Source: Tubiluchus corallicola (taxonomy: Eukaryota; Animalia; Priapulida). Taken from it: 64,000 nucleotides of DNA. Each line of letters opens with the position of its first letter. Position 1 is the stretch's first letter. The stretch spans positions 1 to 64,000 of the forward strand of contig JAQGDQ010000614.1 of NCBI GenBank assembly GCA_030141605.1, written 5' to 3'. Both the position numbers and the translations under genes were made by a program. Shown one piece after another: positions 39,591 through 52,212 of the stretch. The notes under the pieces were generated by a model. That model saw nothing but the letters and a program-made list of their open reading frames with translations. It was not told where the DNA came from and ran no database searches.

Positions 39591-41369
39591 CCATATACAT
39601 AGTCTAGTTTATATTTGAGATTTTTCATACGCATTTGTGTAAGCACTTTTGTGTTATTGAATTCGTGCATTATTTTGACTTAATAATATGTATAGTTAAC
39701 GCTGTCGTATAGTACTTATATTATCTTGTGCTGATACTTGGTATTTGTGTGAGCCTGTTACTGACTAAATTCATTTGTAAAAATCATTAGTTTGTTAGTG
39801 CTGTACTTTTGTTCACTTAACCAAAGTTTTATGTGGCATAGAAATGGAAATAAGGGCCCTATGTTCGCATTTTTACGTGTTTTTCATGGGTGATAATTGT
39901 GACTCAAGTTGTGTGTTTAGCTTATGTCTGTTACTTACAGATGCAATTACTTTTGGCTTCGTTTAAACAGTGTTTTATTAACAAACAAATCAATATTATG
40001 CAACATACGTTCATTTGAAGAGAAGACACAATACTAAACAAAATGCTAATGAGATATGCTAACAGATTCAGAAGAATCTATATTAAAGCCCCCCACGAAA
40101 GGTTTCATCATTCATTGCAGTTTAACATATAATTAATTCTTAAGTTTGCTTTTGTTGATTATCAATAAAAGAGAAAAACGTTAAACATGCTTGAAGACTT
40201 GTTCTTGACAAGAACTAGTGTAGTTGAAATACACTGTACTGTAAAACTACTATTATTATCCTGAGACTAAAAATTTTATTGTTGCTTAATCATTCATATC
40301 TGATTATCGTTTTCACTCGAACTAAGTACAATTGAATTTTGTACTTATTTTGTTTATTTACATATATTGAATGGAAATCTAGTTACTTCTTAACTGTTTC
40401 ACTTTTACGATTATATTTCTTAAAACAATTTAAATGAAGTTATTTTTTTAGTCACAAATAAGAGAAATTGGTCATTATTTCAGTGCGTCATAAAACTTTT
40501 TATTTCTTTTAATATTAAAGGCCTGTCAGTAATTGGTTGCCAAGTGTTACTGGCCACATTAATACTTCATTGTTCATTCAGCATATAGGAAGTTACAGCT
40601 ATCATTTATCAGCAATTTTGATTTTTGTAATGAAATATTACTGATTTCATGACTGGCGAATTTTCACTTTCTCTCTCACTATTTGTTACAGAATTCATAG
40701 AGTAAATGATTTTTATATTGTGTCTGCTAATGTTCTTTGAATAGTACTGTTTATTGTGCAACTACAATTTGTACTGTGTAATCCAGAGTAGAAAAAGTTT
40801 ATCATGCAGAAACACTTGGGGTGAATAATATAGTTAATAGTACAACTTCTTTCCATTGTCAAATTGTAGGTTCAATATTGTCTGGGTTGTGAATGTTTGA
40901 TTTGTGTAATATCTACACCTGTATAGTCACAAGTCAAAATTTTATTTGGTTTTCCTCAATTCTTTGACTTACTGAATCGCAAATATTTTGAATTTCCCAA
41001 CGTGATTTTGCTTTCTAAAAGTGAACATCCGTTCCACATTTTAATTTATATTTGGCTTACTTGACATGGTGTAAAACAGCAGTCAATTGTGCGCAGAGCA
41101 CCACTTCCTCCACTTTATTAAGTTCATTTTTCATAGCTCTATAGAATAGAGGGTTTCATATGTAATCTGGGTGTGTTATGTTTATAAAGGAATTTTATGT
41201 TGCTGGTTAATACCAATTTTGCAGCTTTTATTGTATTATTAAAATGAAGAGTTGTTGTGGTTTTAGCCTTTTCTGTTATATTGATATATGAATATTAATT
41301 CATTCTCTGTCGTTTTGTAGTCTTTTATTTGATTTTTCTTTTTCTGCAGGTTTGCTGTTAATAAGAGAA

Positions 41370-43802
41370 ATGAGCCAACAAGGCTATCAGTATCAGAGAA
41401 GTCCTGCAATGCCCCAACAGCAGGGAGGGCAACAGTACATGGATGCTGGACAGGAAATGCATGACAGCAATGCTAAAACCATGATGTGGGCTCAGAATCA
41501 GTACATGACTGATTCAGGCATCATTTCTGGTAACCCGTCACATGCTCCATCTATGAGCAGCAAAGCACACTCTGCCAATGATGATTTAGATATGGATGGA
41601 AGTGGCATGGGTTATGATTGGGATCAGAACTACCCACCACAGGGCTACACACAAGAACAGGTTGATGAAATGAATCAACAGCTAAATCAAACAAGAGGTC
41701 AGCGAGTTCGAGCAGCCATGTTCCCGGAGACACTTGACGAAGGCGTTCCCATTCCTTCTACCCAGTTTGATCCCCAGCAGCCAACAGCTGTCCAGCGCCT
41801 TGCCGAGCCGAGTCAGATGCTGAAACATGCTGTCGTGAATCTGATCAATTACCAAGATGATGCTGACTTGGCAACACGTGCGATTCCGGAGCTTACAAAG
41901 CTTTTGAACGATGAGGATCAGGTTGTCGTATCACAGGCCGCAATGATGGTACATCAACTTTCAAAGAAGGAGGCATCTCGTCATGCAATCATGAATTCTC
42001 CGCAGATGGTAGCAGCTCTAGTTCGTGCTATGACCAACTCAAATGACGTAGAGACAACACGATGTGCTGCAGGAACGCTTCATAACTTGTCACATCATAG
42101 GCAAGGATTGCTTGCAATATTCAAGTCGGGGGGTATTCCAGCACTGGTTCGACTGCTCAGTTCCCCAGTGGAATCAGTATTGTTTTATGCAATTACTACT
42201 CTCCACAATCTTCTCCTTCACCAGGAGGGATCAAAAATGGCTGTCAGGCTTGCAGGAGGATTGCAGAAGATGGTTGCCTTATTGGCCAGAAACAATGTTA
42301 AATTCTTGGCGATTACTACAGATTGCTTGCAGATTTTGGCATATGGAAATCAAGAAAGCAAACTGATAATTTTGGCTAGTGGTGGACCTGGAGAGCTTGT
42401 ACGTATAATGCGTTCTTACAATTATGAAAAATTGCTGTGGACAACCTCTAGAGTATTGAAAGTTCTTTCTGTTTGTCCCAGTAATAAACCAGCCATTGTC
42501 GAAGCAGGTGGCATGCAAGCACTTGCCATGCATTTGGGTCATCCAAGCACTCGACTTGTACAAAATTGTCTGTGGACACTGAGAAATCTGTCTGATGCAG
42601 CCACCAAGCAAATAGCACAAGAGAATATGGAGGGTCTGCTGTCAATGCTGGTGCAGCTTCTGTCTTCTAATGACATCAATGTCGTCACATGTTCTGCCGG
42701 AATTCTGTCTAACTTAACATGCAACAATCATCGCAACAAGGTACTCGTATGTCAAAGTGGTGGAATAGAAGCACTAGTTCGCACTTGCATTCAGGCGGGA
42801 GATAGAGAAGAAATTACAGAACCTGCTGTTTGTGCTTTGCGTCACCTAACCAGTCGCCATCCAGAAGCAGAAATGGCACAAAACGCTGTGCGCTTGCACT
42901 ATGGCCTACCTGTTCTTGTCAAAATGCTACACCCACCTAGCCGTTGGCCATTAATTAAAGCTGTAATTGGCCTGATTCGTAACTTAGCCCTTTGCCCTGC
43001 CAATCATGCTCCTTTGCGTGAACATGGTGCACTGCCGCGCCTGGTTCAGCTGTTGATTCGTGCCCACCAAGATACACAGCGTCGAGCTTCTATGGGATCC
43101 AATAGCAGTAGTGCATACGCTGACGGTGTGCGCATGGAAGAGATTGTAGAGGGAACCGTAGGAGCTCTTCACATTCTTGCGAGAGAAGCACACAACAGAG
43201 CTGTCATTCGAGGTCTGAACTGTATTCCGATATTTGTACAGTTGCTGTATTCTGATATTGAAAATATTCAGCGAGTCTCTGCTGGAGTTCTCTGTGAGTT
43301 AGCTGCCGATAAAGAGGGAGCGGAGATCATAGAACAGGAAGGTGCCACCGCACCACTTACTGAATTGCTACATTCTCGGAATGAAGGTGTTGCCACATAT
43401 GCTGCAGCCGTGTTGTTCCGTATGTCAGAAGATAAGCCTCAAGAATATCGGAAGAGGCTCTCTGTCGAGTTGACCAGTTCGTTGTTTCGAGCTGATCAGG
43501 AATGGGGACAACCACAAGATCTTGATGCGATGATGATGGGCGACGAAGCCTATAACGACCAGATGTATCCACCGCAGCACAATACCAGTCATGGTAGTGT
43601 TCACAGCACTCAGCATGATCCCCGATCCCAACAAGACTATGATATGCATGGGCAAACAATGGATATGGGAGGAGGGAATTATCCGGCTCCGATGGACATG
43701 GGCCCTCCAGGAGGTGATATGAACTTTGACAGTATGAATCTTGATTCCATACCACCAGCAGATAACAGTCAGATGGCAGCATGGTTTGATACTGACCTGT
43801 GA
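41370..43802 (+). CDS. CTNNB1: Beta-catenin (armadillo), 810 aa, single coding exon
   Basis: Uninterrupted ORF with the [14 protein letters not shown] degron, a full armadillo-repeat region ([18 protein letters not shown]...[16 protein letters not shown]) and the C-terminal AWFDTDL. The ATG at 41370 follows acceptor ttttctgcag|G at 41349. Confidence 0.98.
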   Translation: MSQQGYQYQRSPAMPQQQGGQQYMDAGQEMHDSNAKTMMWAQNQYMTDSGIISGNPSHAPSMSSKAHSANDDLDMDGSGMGYDWDQNYPPQGYTQEQVDEMNQQLNQTRGQRVRAAMFPETLDEGVPIPSTQFDPQQPTAVQRLAEPSQMLKHAVVNLINYQDDADLATRAIPELTKLLNDEDQVVVSQAAMMVHQLSKKEASRHAIMNSPQMVAALVRAMTNSNDVETTRCAAGTLHNLSHHRQGLLAIFKSGGIPALVRLLSSPVESVLFYAITTLHNLLLHQEGSKMAVRLAGGLQKMVALLARNNVKFLAITTDCLQILAYGNQESKLIILASGGPGELVRIMRSYNYEKLLWTTSRVLKVLSVCPSNKPAIVEAGGMQALAMHLGHPSTRLVQNCLWTLRNLSDAATKQIAQENMEGLLSMLVQLLSSNDINVVTCSAGILSNLTCNNHRNKVLVCQSGGIEALVRTCIQAGDREEITEPAVCALRHLTSRHPEAEMAQNAVRLHYGLPVLVKMLHPPSRWPLIKAVIGLIRNLALCPANHAPLREHGALPRLVQLLIRAHQDTQRRASMGSNSSSAYADGVRMEEIVEGTVGALHILAREAHNRAVIRGLNCIPIFVQLLYSDIENIQRVSAGVLCELAADKEGAEIIEQEGATAPLTELLHSRNEGVATYAAAVLFRMSEDKPQEYRKRLSVELTSSLFRADQEWGQPQDLDAMMMGDEAYNDQMYPPQHNTSHGSVHSTQHDPRSQQDYDMHGQTMDMGGGNYPAPMDMGPPGGDMNFDSMNLDSIPPADNSQMAAWFDTDL

Positions 43803-45391
43803 GTAAACTACAGGTAATGCTTTATTGCTTGCATTAGATTAATGAACTTTTGATGTCCTCGTTTTTCTTCAAAACACATTTAAAATGAGAATTCTGAACC
43901 CACTGGTTTCTACGAATATTTTATGAGAACTCCTTGGCAAATAAAATTTTCCTGTCAAGTATGTTCTAAAGTTGCTGCATAAAAAATTCAGTCCTGGAAG
44001 AACATTCTTTTAGTGCATAGCAATTAGAAGAAATTAATAAATTTATCAAAAGCTTTATAAACTACAGGTTTTGGCTGGCAGTCTTTTGATTGCAGTCTGA
44101 TTTGTATTTGTAAATGTATTACAAAAAAAATGTTTGAATAAGTATACATGTATTATGTTTATAAACTTTATGTAATCGTTTATTTCATCTGTTGATGTTT
44201 TATCATCATTTTCTTTTTCGCGTTGTAACTGTATGTAACCTAATATCTGTATAGACTATGTGTGAGACCATTTCAACTTTATTTTCACTTTTGTAATAAT
44301 GAAAAGCACACATTTACATTATTACATGTATTGGTTTTAAAAATTATACTGTGTCATACAATACTGAAATTTTAAAACAGTTTTGTAATAGTTGTCTTGA
44401 ATGTGGCGTCTAGTAAACCTTCTTCCTAAAGTGAAGGTACTTAACCGTCTAAAACTCATATTGGTTATTTTTATACCTCTAAATAATATGCAGTTTTTTG
44501 CTTGCGACACGTTGAGGGTTGTGTTTGGACATTGTGATGGTATTGTTCCTTCTGGTTGTGACTGCTTAATAAATTATTTCCTCCTTATGAGTATAAAAAA
44601 TCATGTATTGTACAACCTTGATTATTTTTGTTTTATCTGGACAGTCAGCTAGTAACCGTTGTTCTTTTTAGTTTTTGAATGCACATTGTTTTGTAAACAA
44701 ATGTAAATTTTAAACTGAAATTGTGTAATCAAATTTATCACTTCGTTGTTTATAGTTATTCCTGTATTCCCTGATTCAATGACGAGGTTTATTGGCTGTG
44801 CAAATAATGTAGGTGTAGATGCTATCAATGTCTGGCGTCAGTTACTACCTGTATATATTTTATTAGGTTTAGTGTATTACTAACACGTGTAGTAGGCTTA
44901 TCTATCTTTAGTAATGTTAGTTTGACGGTGTGGGTGTAACTAGAGGTATTTGTAGAAGTTTAAGTATTACAACTTTGTTTGTATGTCACTTTGAACTTAT
45001 GAGTAAAGTTGTTTTGCATTGTGTCCTGTACTAATATTTTATGGTACAGTTGATACATGTACATTTTAGTTTTAACCCTTTAATGAATGACTGATACTTT
45101 GTTATGCATTGGGTAATTTCTAAAAATTGCCTAAAATGCCTATCATTTCTATTTTTTATTAGTGTACACGCTTCTGTTCGTTTTTGTAAATTCTGAAGTT
45201 AAGAGGGCATTTAATTTTGGCTTTTATTATTATTAATCAAGTCTTTTATTCACAGCTTATTAAATTGTAATAAATCAGTTTTAACAAAAATCATGTTTTG
45301 TGAACAGTGAGTGCTGACGTTAATATTTTAGTTCTCATTTATTGCTAATATTCATTGTATTGCGTTGTATTGTTTCCTTTCGTTTTAGGTG

Positions 45392-45397
45392 AATAAA
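45392..45397 (+). terminator. Candidate poly(A) signal of beta-catenin
   Basis: AATAAA followed by a U/GU-rich tract (ttgttcttggttactttttt); it ends an AU-rich 1.6-kb region. Confidence 0.45.
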
Positions 45398-45464
45398 TAT
45401 AAAACAGTGTTATATATTAAAGAAACATTGTTCTTGGTTACTTTTTTAGAACTTCTGTCTAAAA

Positions 45465-46204
45465 TACTATTGTACTTGTAGAGCTATATCTACAATTTAA
45501 AAGATTTCTAATTTTCGGTAAAAGATAAATTTTCATAAATCTGGAAATTGACGTAACTAAAGCTGCAGTGCTTTTTTCTGTTCTAAGATGTGAAATTGCA
45601 ATAAATTAATTGTACATGTATGTGCCAGTAACTGCATTTCCAAAATTCCTATTATTCATGGTATAATTTCACCTACGTGGGAGGAATAAATACCTGGAAA
45701 GCTAATTGGATAATTTTGACGATTTACATATAGGCACGTGTACCTGAAAATGCCTTTCATCACTATTCCGCAAATGTGCTCTGTATTAAAGTAGCATTGT
45801 TCTTCGCTCTTTTTTTAAATTCTAATACTACTATAGAGCTGCATCTAGTTTTTAAAAATATTTCTAATCTTTGGCAGAAGATAAATTTTCATAATTGTGT
45901 TAAATCCTGAAATTGATTAAACTCAATTCAATCAATTTTAATTGATCTATCTAAACTAAAGCGGCAATGTCTTTTTCTAGTCAAAGACGTGAAAGAATTG
46001 CAAGAAATTAATCGTACTGGCATGTGCAAAATGCATTTCCAAAATTCCAATTAACAGAATACGTCCAATTAATAGAATAATGATGTCATCAACGTGGGAG
46101 GAGCAAATACCGGGAAAGCTAATTGGATCATTTTGACGGCCTACATAAAGGCGTGTGTACCAGACTACACATCTCATCAGTATCACGTGAATGTGTTCTG
46201 TTTT
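45465..46204. repeat. Diverged tandem duplication (~330-380 nt x2) covering the LAMTOR3 upstream region
   Basis: Shared collinear blocks tagagct, aagataaattttcataa, aactaaagc, tgcatttccaaaattcc, acgtgggagga and gaaagctaattggat.attttgacg at ~45465-45790 and ~45826-46204. Confidence 0.8.
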
Positions 46205-46305
46205 GCATGTGTACATTGTGCAATTAGTTTATTTAAATTCTCCAACAGTACGTCCTGGAGAATTGATTGTAATCGGGCGGAACTGAATTAAGTTATTTAC
46301 AAGAA

Positions 46306-49300
46306 ATGGTTGAGGTAAGTATAATCTGGTAACTAATAATCGCAACAATGTAATGTGCATTATATCGCATGTGTATTTTATAATTATTGGTGTTTTCAAT
46401 TTTCACATTTGAATGGGATTTATTATTAATCATTTTTTTTTGTTTTCAGGAATTAAAGCAACATCTTCACCGTACAATTAAAAGGTGAGAACGGGGTCAC
46501 AGAGCAAATCCGGAAAGAAGCATTGTTATTTTGGATTTAAAAGCCTACTACTACTAGTATTCAAGGTCAAAATCAATTGCAAGTGCTTTTATGTTCATCT
46601 CAACTATGTCTGAGGCTTACTGTTTCACTTACCTTGAGGTTGAATAATGGTCAGAGGTTTCCAAAGGCAGATTGTTCTAATTAGTGAAAAATTTCCCCAC
46701 AAAAAATGAGTTTCCTCATTAGTTGTCACAATTCTGTTGTAATTAAGAACTGAATTTGCTTTATTCTCCTAATTTTAACTACACTGATGTTAGATCAAAT
46801 GCCAAGATTAATTGTACCATTACTGCTGTTTTTGCACTAGAGTTACCAATTTTCTGCATTTTCTCCTCGCAGGAATTGAAATCTGCTTTGTCGGGCACGG
46901 AGTACGCCACTAGCCGAAGTAAGACACTTTCGCTAAAACGCATGCACTAAACTTGGTGCAAAACAGTGTCGTACATTGGCAACCCAAGTAGGGCACTGGA
47001 GATTTCTGTCAAGAATTGAGAATTATGACATAATAAAACATAAAACTAATTTGTTTTCGAAAAAAGTAAGTTTATAAGAATGATGGGTAATCCTTGAAAA
47101 TTTACAAATGTACTTTTTACGGTAATATCATCATTATTATTAGCTCTATTAATAGCATCGTAACATTAAACTAAGTATGTCATGCTTTAAAGACAGAAGC
47201 TGTGTAAGGCACTTAGCTCACTAGCCCGTTTACTTAGTAGAAAACAATTATTTGTCCAGGAGGTAGTGAAACGGATCACCTGTCTGTCAAGCAAGACAAA
47301 ATAAAAAGTTTTAATACCTTAAGCCAATGTTGGAATCGCTAAAAAGTGGGCTTATTTCACTTCAAAAAAGATTAATGTCGAAGCCAAATTTAATATTGGC
47401 CGTTCTACTAGCTCAGAATAAGATTCTTATATTTTATCAGATGTGTAGTAAGTTATTCAATGTGTGTGACATTTTCAATTATTATTATTAATTAAACAAG
47501 GACAACGGATGCTGCCAGTACGGTTAACGATTCAATTCGTGACGTGTTTTTAGTGTCCTACTTGGGGAGCCCATGTACGAGGCGGCGTCCTTGAGTTAGC
47601 CCATGTACGATGGGTCCTACTTTGCTAGCCTATGTGCGCCAATTGCCCTACTTCGGCTAGTGTCCGACTCTGCTCCCAGCAAGCTTTATATTCTGCTCGC
47701 TTACGATATGAGGAGTATCTTGCAAATTGACTTAAGTAAGAACGGTAAAGAGTTTTACCGTTATAGTAAACACTTCCTTAAAGTCCTAATCGTTTTACTA
47801 CTATTAATGATTCTTTTGTTTCTTTCTTCACTGATGAACCTGATGATGGTCCCTTACCGACTACCTAGCATCCACTTGACATGTGACGAATTACAAATTA
47901 TGATGTTACTATAGCAATGGTATGAAAGTATCAATTTATTTCAATATTGTGTGCTGCTAGGAAAGGATTGGAAACCCTGGTTTATGACAAAATGGTCAAA
48001 ATATACATGTCATGTTAGCATCACGCAACATTATGGTTTTGCCAACTTTTGTCTGAGCTTTGATTTGAACTTATCGAAACTCTGTGGAGTGCTTCTTGAA
48101 CTAGTGAATGTGGCATTCCGTGTTCGTTTTAAAATAACAGTAATTGTGATTTTTTTGCATTACAGGGTAGATGGTCTGCATGCTATCATTATTTCTGACA
48201 GAGATGGAATCCCTGTTATTAGAGGTTCGTATATTCTCTTTCCCAATTCTTTAATCATTTGATGAGTTTCTAGGGGCAGTTAGCAGCTGACATTTTTAAT
48301 TCCTCTCTTAATTTATTTGACAATTTCAGCTGCAACCGAGAATGCCCCTGAATTTGCGCTGAGACCTGCTTTCCTTGCAACATTTGGAGCAGGAACAGAA
48401 CAAGCCGGCAAATTAGGGTTGTCCAAAAACAAGAGTATTGTTAGCATTTATTCAACATATCAAGTAAGTATCAGGTGATTGTTTTTTATTTTTGTCGATC
48501 TAATGTAAAGCTACAATGAATTAGGTTCTAAGTTTGTTCTTGTTTTAAAAGCATTTTATAACATGGGAGTTCCAAAAAGAATAGCACACTTAAAAGTAGG
48601 AATGAAAACTGAGGTCAAGCGTTTCAAACCTATGATTCATGGAATTTTTTTAGCGAAAAATTGTCATGATTTTCACCATTGAAAAGTATAATTATGTTGG
48701 ATAGGAAGGACGCACCAGTAAGTTAGGCCTAGCATCTATGTCAACTTCAACTCCAAGGTCATGGTCAATGGTCCTCACAAAGGAATCTGTTGGAAACTTT
48801 TTGTGAGATTGTTATATTATATAAGTCATCTATAGCTAACTCACTTAAAAGTGGGGATGAATATTCAGATTCCAGGGTCAGACAACCCTCTCTAGAATAT
48901 ATCAACATGGTATTTCAGAACTTGTACTCTACCTAGCGTGTGCGTTTACAATTCTTCAAAGTTATTACATAGATAGTAATCCAAGTGCAAAAATACTAGT
49001 GAATTAATTCAATTGCAGGTGTATGAATGTAGTTTATTTGCATATGGTCTGTATGTAATTTTATAATGCTGTGGCTAAGACTTTGTAGTTTACAAGTCTC
49101 TGATTGTGTTGTTTTTGTTTACTTCTCAGGTAGTACAAATAAATAAGCTTCCACTTGTATTGAGTTTCATAGCAAGTAGCCAGGCAAACACAGGTAAATA
49201 ACTGAATATTATGAAATAGTAATATTTATAAAATTCAGTTATATCATTAGAATATTAATTGGTGAAGTGTGTCACCTGAAGGTTATTTTATATATATATA

Positions 49301-49643
49301 TATGCTGGATTTGTTTGAAGATTATGTGAGACCTATTTCAATCATACTTCGACCTATTGTATTGCGTGTTTACCTTCCCTTTTCATAGCTGCGAAAAAAT
49401 AATAATAACAGAGTTTTATATATATATACCTGAAATATATTTACGGTTCTTGTTTTACTTTGTTAATAACATAGACCTATGTATATATGTAGGACAAAGA
49501 GACATTTGTTTTCAACTTATGGATGTCATACTTGTTAGCTTTTACCTGCTGTTTTTATTGAAGGTGCGTTGCTAGGATTAGAAGATGAACTAAACGACTT
49601 GTTGGAAGACATAAAAATTGCTGTTGAAAGCTCAGTGTCTTAG
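46306..49643 (+). CDS. LAMTOR3: Ragulator complex subunit LAMTOR3 (MP1/MAPKSP1), 6 exons, 126 aa
   Basis: Exons 46306-46314, 46450-46484, 48166-48224, 48330-48463, 49130-49193, 49564-49643 give MVEELKQHLHRTIKRVDGLHAIIISDRDGIPVIRAATENAPEFALRPAFLATFGAGTEQAGKLGLSKNKSIVSIYSTYQVVQINKLPLVLSFIASSQANTGALLGLEDELNDLLEDIKIAVESSVS, collinear with recalled human LAMTOR3. Confidence 0.95.
49303..49411. repeat. 109-bp inverted copy of 51310-51418 inside the last LAMTOR3 intron, flanked by (TA)n
   Basis: 108 of 109 positions match the reverse complement of 51310-51418 by manual alignment; TA runs lie on both sides. Confidence 0.9.
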
Positions 49644-50476
49644 GTACTACTACTACTCGTTTCTTCCATTGCTGCCATTTCCATAGTTGTACATATTGTA
49701 AATATTTGTTATTAGAATATTAGTTTGCAGAAAAACATGGGGGTTTCTAATTTATGATTACACATTTTGTACAATCTTGCTTACATTTCTACCTTTTTGT
49801 TCTCACTGAAACTTGTTGAAAAAATGTCATTGTCTATAATAATCTGTCAAGAATAGCAGAAAGTAATGTTGTTATAAACTGTGCCTGATCTTGCATATTA
49901 GGTTTATATGCATGTTAATTAAAGAATTAATAATAATATATATTTTTAGTTTTGGGATTATCAATGTTTGGTTATTAATAACAATGAAGTAAACCTTCAA
50001 TTATTATTTTGGAAATGTTTAATTTAAAAAAATAGACAATTATGAGTTATTGCACTGTATCAATGTGTTATTCTTCATTTTACAACTGATTAAAAACTAT
50101 GGTAATTATTATAAATGGCTTGTGTTTGTTTTATCGTGCGGTATTTTTATATTCATTTTTCAAATTTTGACAAAATTTCAGGACAGTTATATGAACGAAC
50201 AGTTCATCTGCTTTTAACTTTCTAGTTAGCTCTTTGATTAATAACATAAACGTTTTACCCTAATACTTTTTACCGTTGAAAAAATGGGGTTATAAAGAGA
50301 AACATTTTGTCATCTCACTAACTGATTATTAAAAACAAGTTTTGATATAGGCTGGACATCTTTCGTATTTTTAAATTTTGCTTTATTCATAAAACCATGT
50401 TTATACATTGTTGCTCTGTGTTTGTGTGTGATGCGATTGATCCAGGCTTTTATAGATTTGTGTATACTGTATACCC

Positions 50477-52212
50477 CCTTTGATACTGTACAACATGATA
50501 TTTTATTAGCCAAACTTGAACACTATGGTATCAGAAGCCTGCCTCTTCAATTGCTGCAGTCATATTTACACAATAGAAAACAATATACATCTATTGCATC
50601 TAAAAACTCAGATATTAATAGATCACAATCTTTCATGGAAAGCACATATACAATATATTGTTATTAAAACTAGTAAAATTATAGGTATTTTTTCAAAAAT
50701 TAGGCATTTCCTGAATTGTGATTCGAAAAAACTTCTATATTTAGAAGATAGCATACTTACATATGGCTCAGCACCCCATTCCACAATGTATCCCCTAATT
50801 ATTAATCAAAATAAATTTATAAAGCTTTGGACAAATACCAATAGAAGAGTCCATGTTACACCTTTATACCACCAGCATAAAATCTTAAAACTTCAGGATA
50901 TATATAAATTAGAGATGGCCAAATTTTTATATAGATTTAAACATAATATGCTTCCTGAAATTTTTCAGAATTACTACAAATCCGTAGCCCAGATGCACGT
51001 GTATCATACACGATTTGCCACTAACCAAACTTTCTATGTATAAAGATTTAATACTAACAAAGAGCAAAAATCTCTATCTTATCAAGGTGCTCTGTTGTGG
51101 AACAGTCTGTCTAATGATCTAAAAATGGCATCTTTAGCTGTTTGATAATTAACTATAAATCCTTCCTTATTTCTAATTATCATGTGTGACTTTTCTGCTA
51201 AGATCTAATTCTAATAAATCGTCTCTGTTAGTTTTAATTTATTCCCCTTGAACTAATCTATTAACTATAATTATTTTATCATAGTACATCTTTTCATCAA
51301 AGTGTAAAACTGTTATTATTATTTTTTCGCAGCTATGAAAAGGGAAGGTAAACACGCAATACAATAGGTCGAAGTATGATTGAAGTAGGTCTCACATAAT
51401 CTTCAAACAAATCCAGCAACTACAACATTTTTTCTCATACATAATTTTTTATAATTTTGCCTGCTCCACTTATGTTTTTGCTTGCATATTATGCTTTTCT
51501 CACTTCATATATATTCACGTTATTATAATTATTTTGCTCATTGTTTCACAGTTATCATTAAGTTTTACTATATTTTTGAGCCATGTTGTCTATTTAGTCA
51601 CATACTGATGTTTCACTACATATTTTGTTTACTCCATTTTTCTGCACTAGTTCTTGTGTTCCATAGTACTTTATTATTAGGCTTATCATAATTTGATTAA
51701 ACGCGATTGCATATTTTTGTTTCATTATATTTTGTTTGATTTTATCATGCATATTTTGTTTCTTTCACTGATTCATTTTTTGAGTTTTATTATTTCTTTT
51801 GGTCTGTCTTTTTCTAGGTATTTTATGTTTTAATGGGTTAGTTAAATGCTTTACATATTCTGTTAATCATCATTTCATATTTTTCATTTTATTTTTATGC
51901 TTCTTTGTTGCATAGCTTATTTAGTTATTTCGCTTTCAAGTTTAATTTATTCCCCCCCAAATTTATGTTAACAGTTGATTTTTGCTAATCTACTTCATAA
52001 CTATATTACACCTTTTAATTAGCAGCACTACAAATTACAAGTTACACTAGCCTGAGAAGGATAGCAGACTTGATGACCAATTGGTCTTTCGCTACCCGTT
52101 CTCCTGCACCCCCTAACTCTTTCCTTTATGCATAATTTATCCATTTTAATTAATAACTATAACAATAATGGTCTACTTGTATTCTGGTGTAAATATGGAG
52201 ATAAATAAAAAT
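50477..52212 (+). mobile_element. 5'-truncated, internally deleted L2/Crack-like LINE (RT fragment, C-terminus and 3' UTR)
   Basis: FDTVQHDILLAKLEHYGIRSLPLQLLQSYLHNRKQY (RT), IDHNLSWKAHI...LYHQHKILKLQDIYKLEMAKFLY...YHTR, and a 3' motif gatgaccaattggtctttcgct at ~52071 shared with the copy at 58822-60140. Confidence 0.75.

Noticed and set aside
41352-41369. ORF-track start (MLLIRE) for beta-catenin
   Set aside because: It starts at TTG just after the splice acceptor; the first ATG is at 41370.
43798-43804. GTGAGT donor overlapping the beta-catenin stop codon (alternative C-terminus)
   Set aside because: Using it would destroy the conserved DTDL end, the exonic context (CT|GT) is weak, and no downstream coding exon is evident.
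47490-47950. GC-richer block with a 103-aa ORF and a gcccatgtacga direct repeat in LAMTOR3 intron 2
   Set aside because: Probably a repeat fragment; no termini or protein family could be supported.
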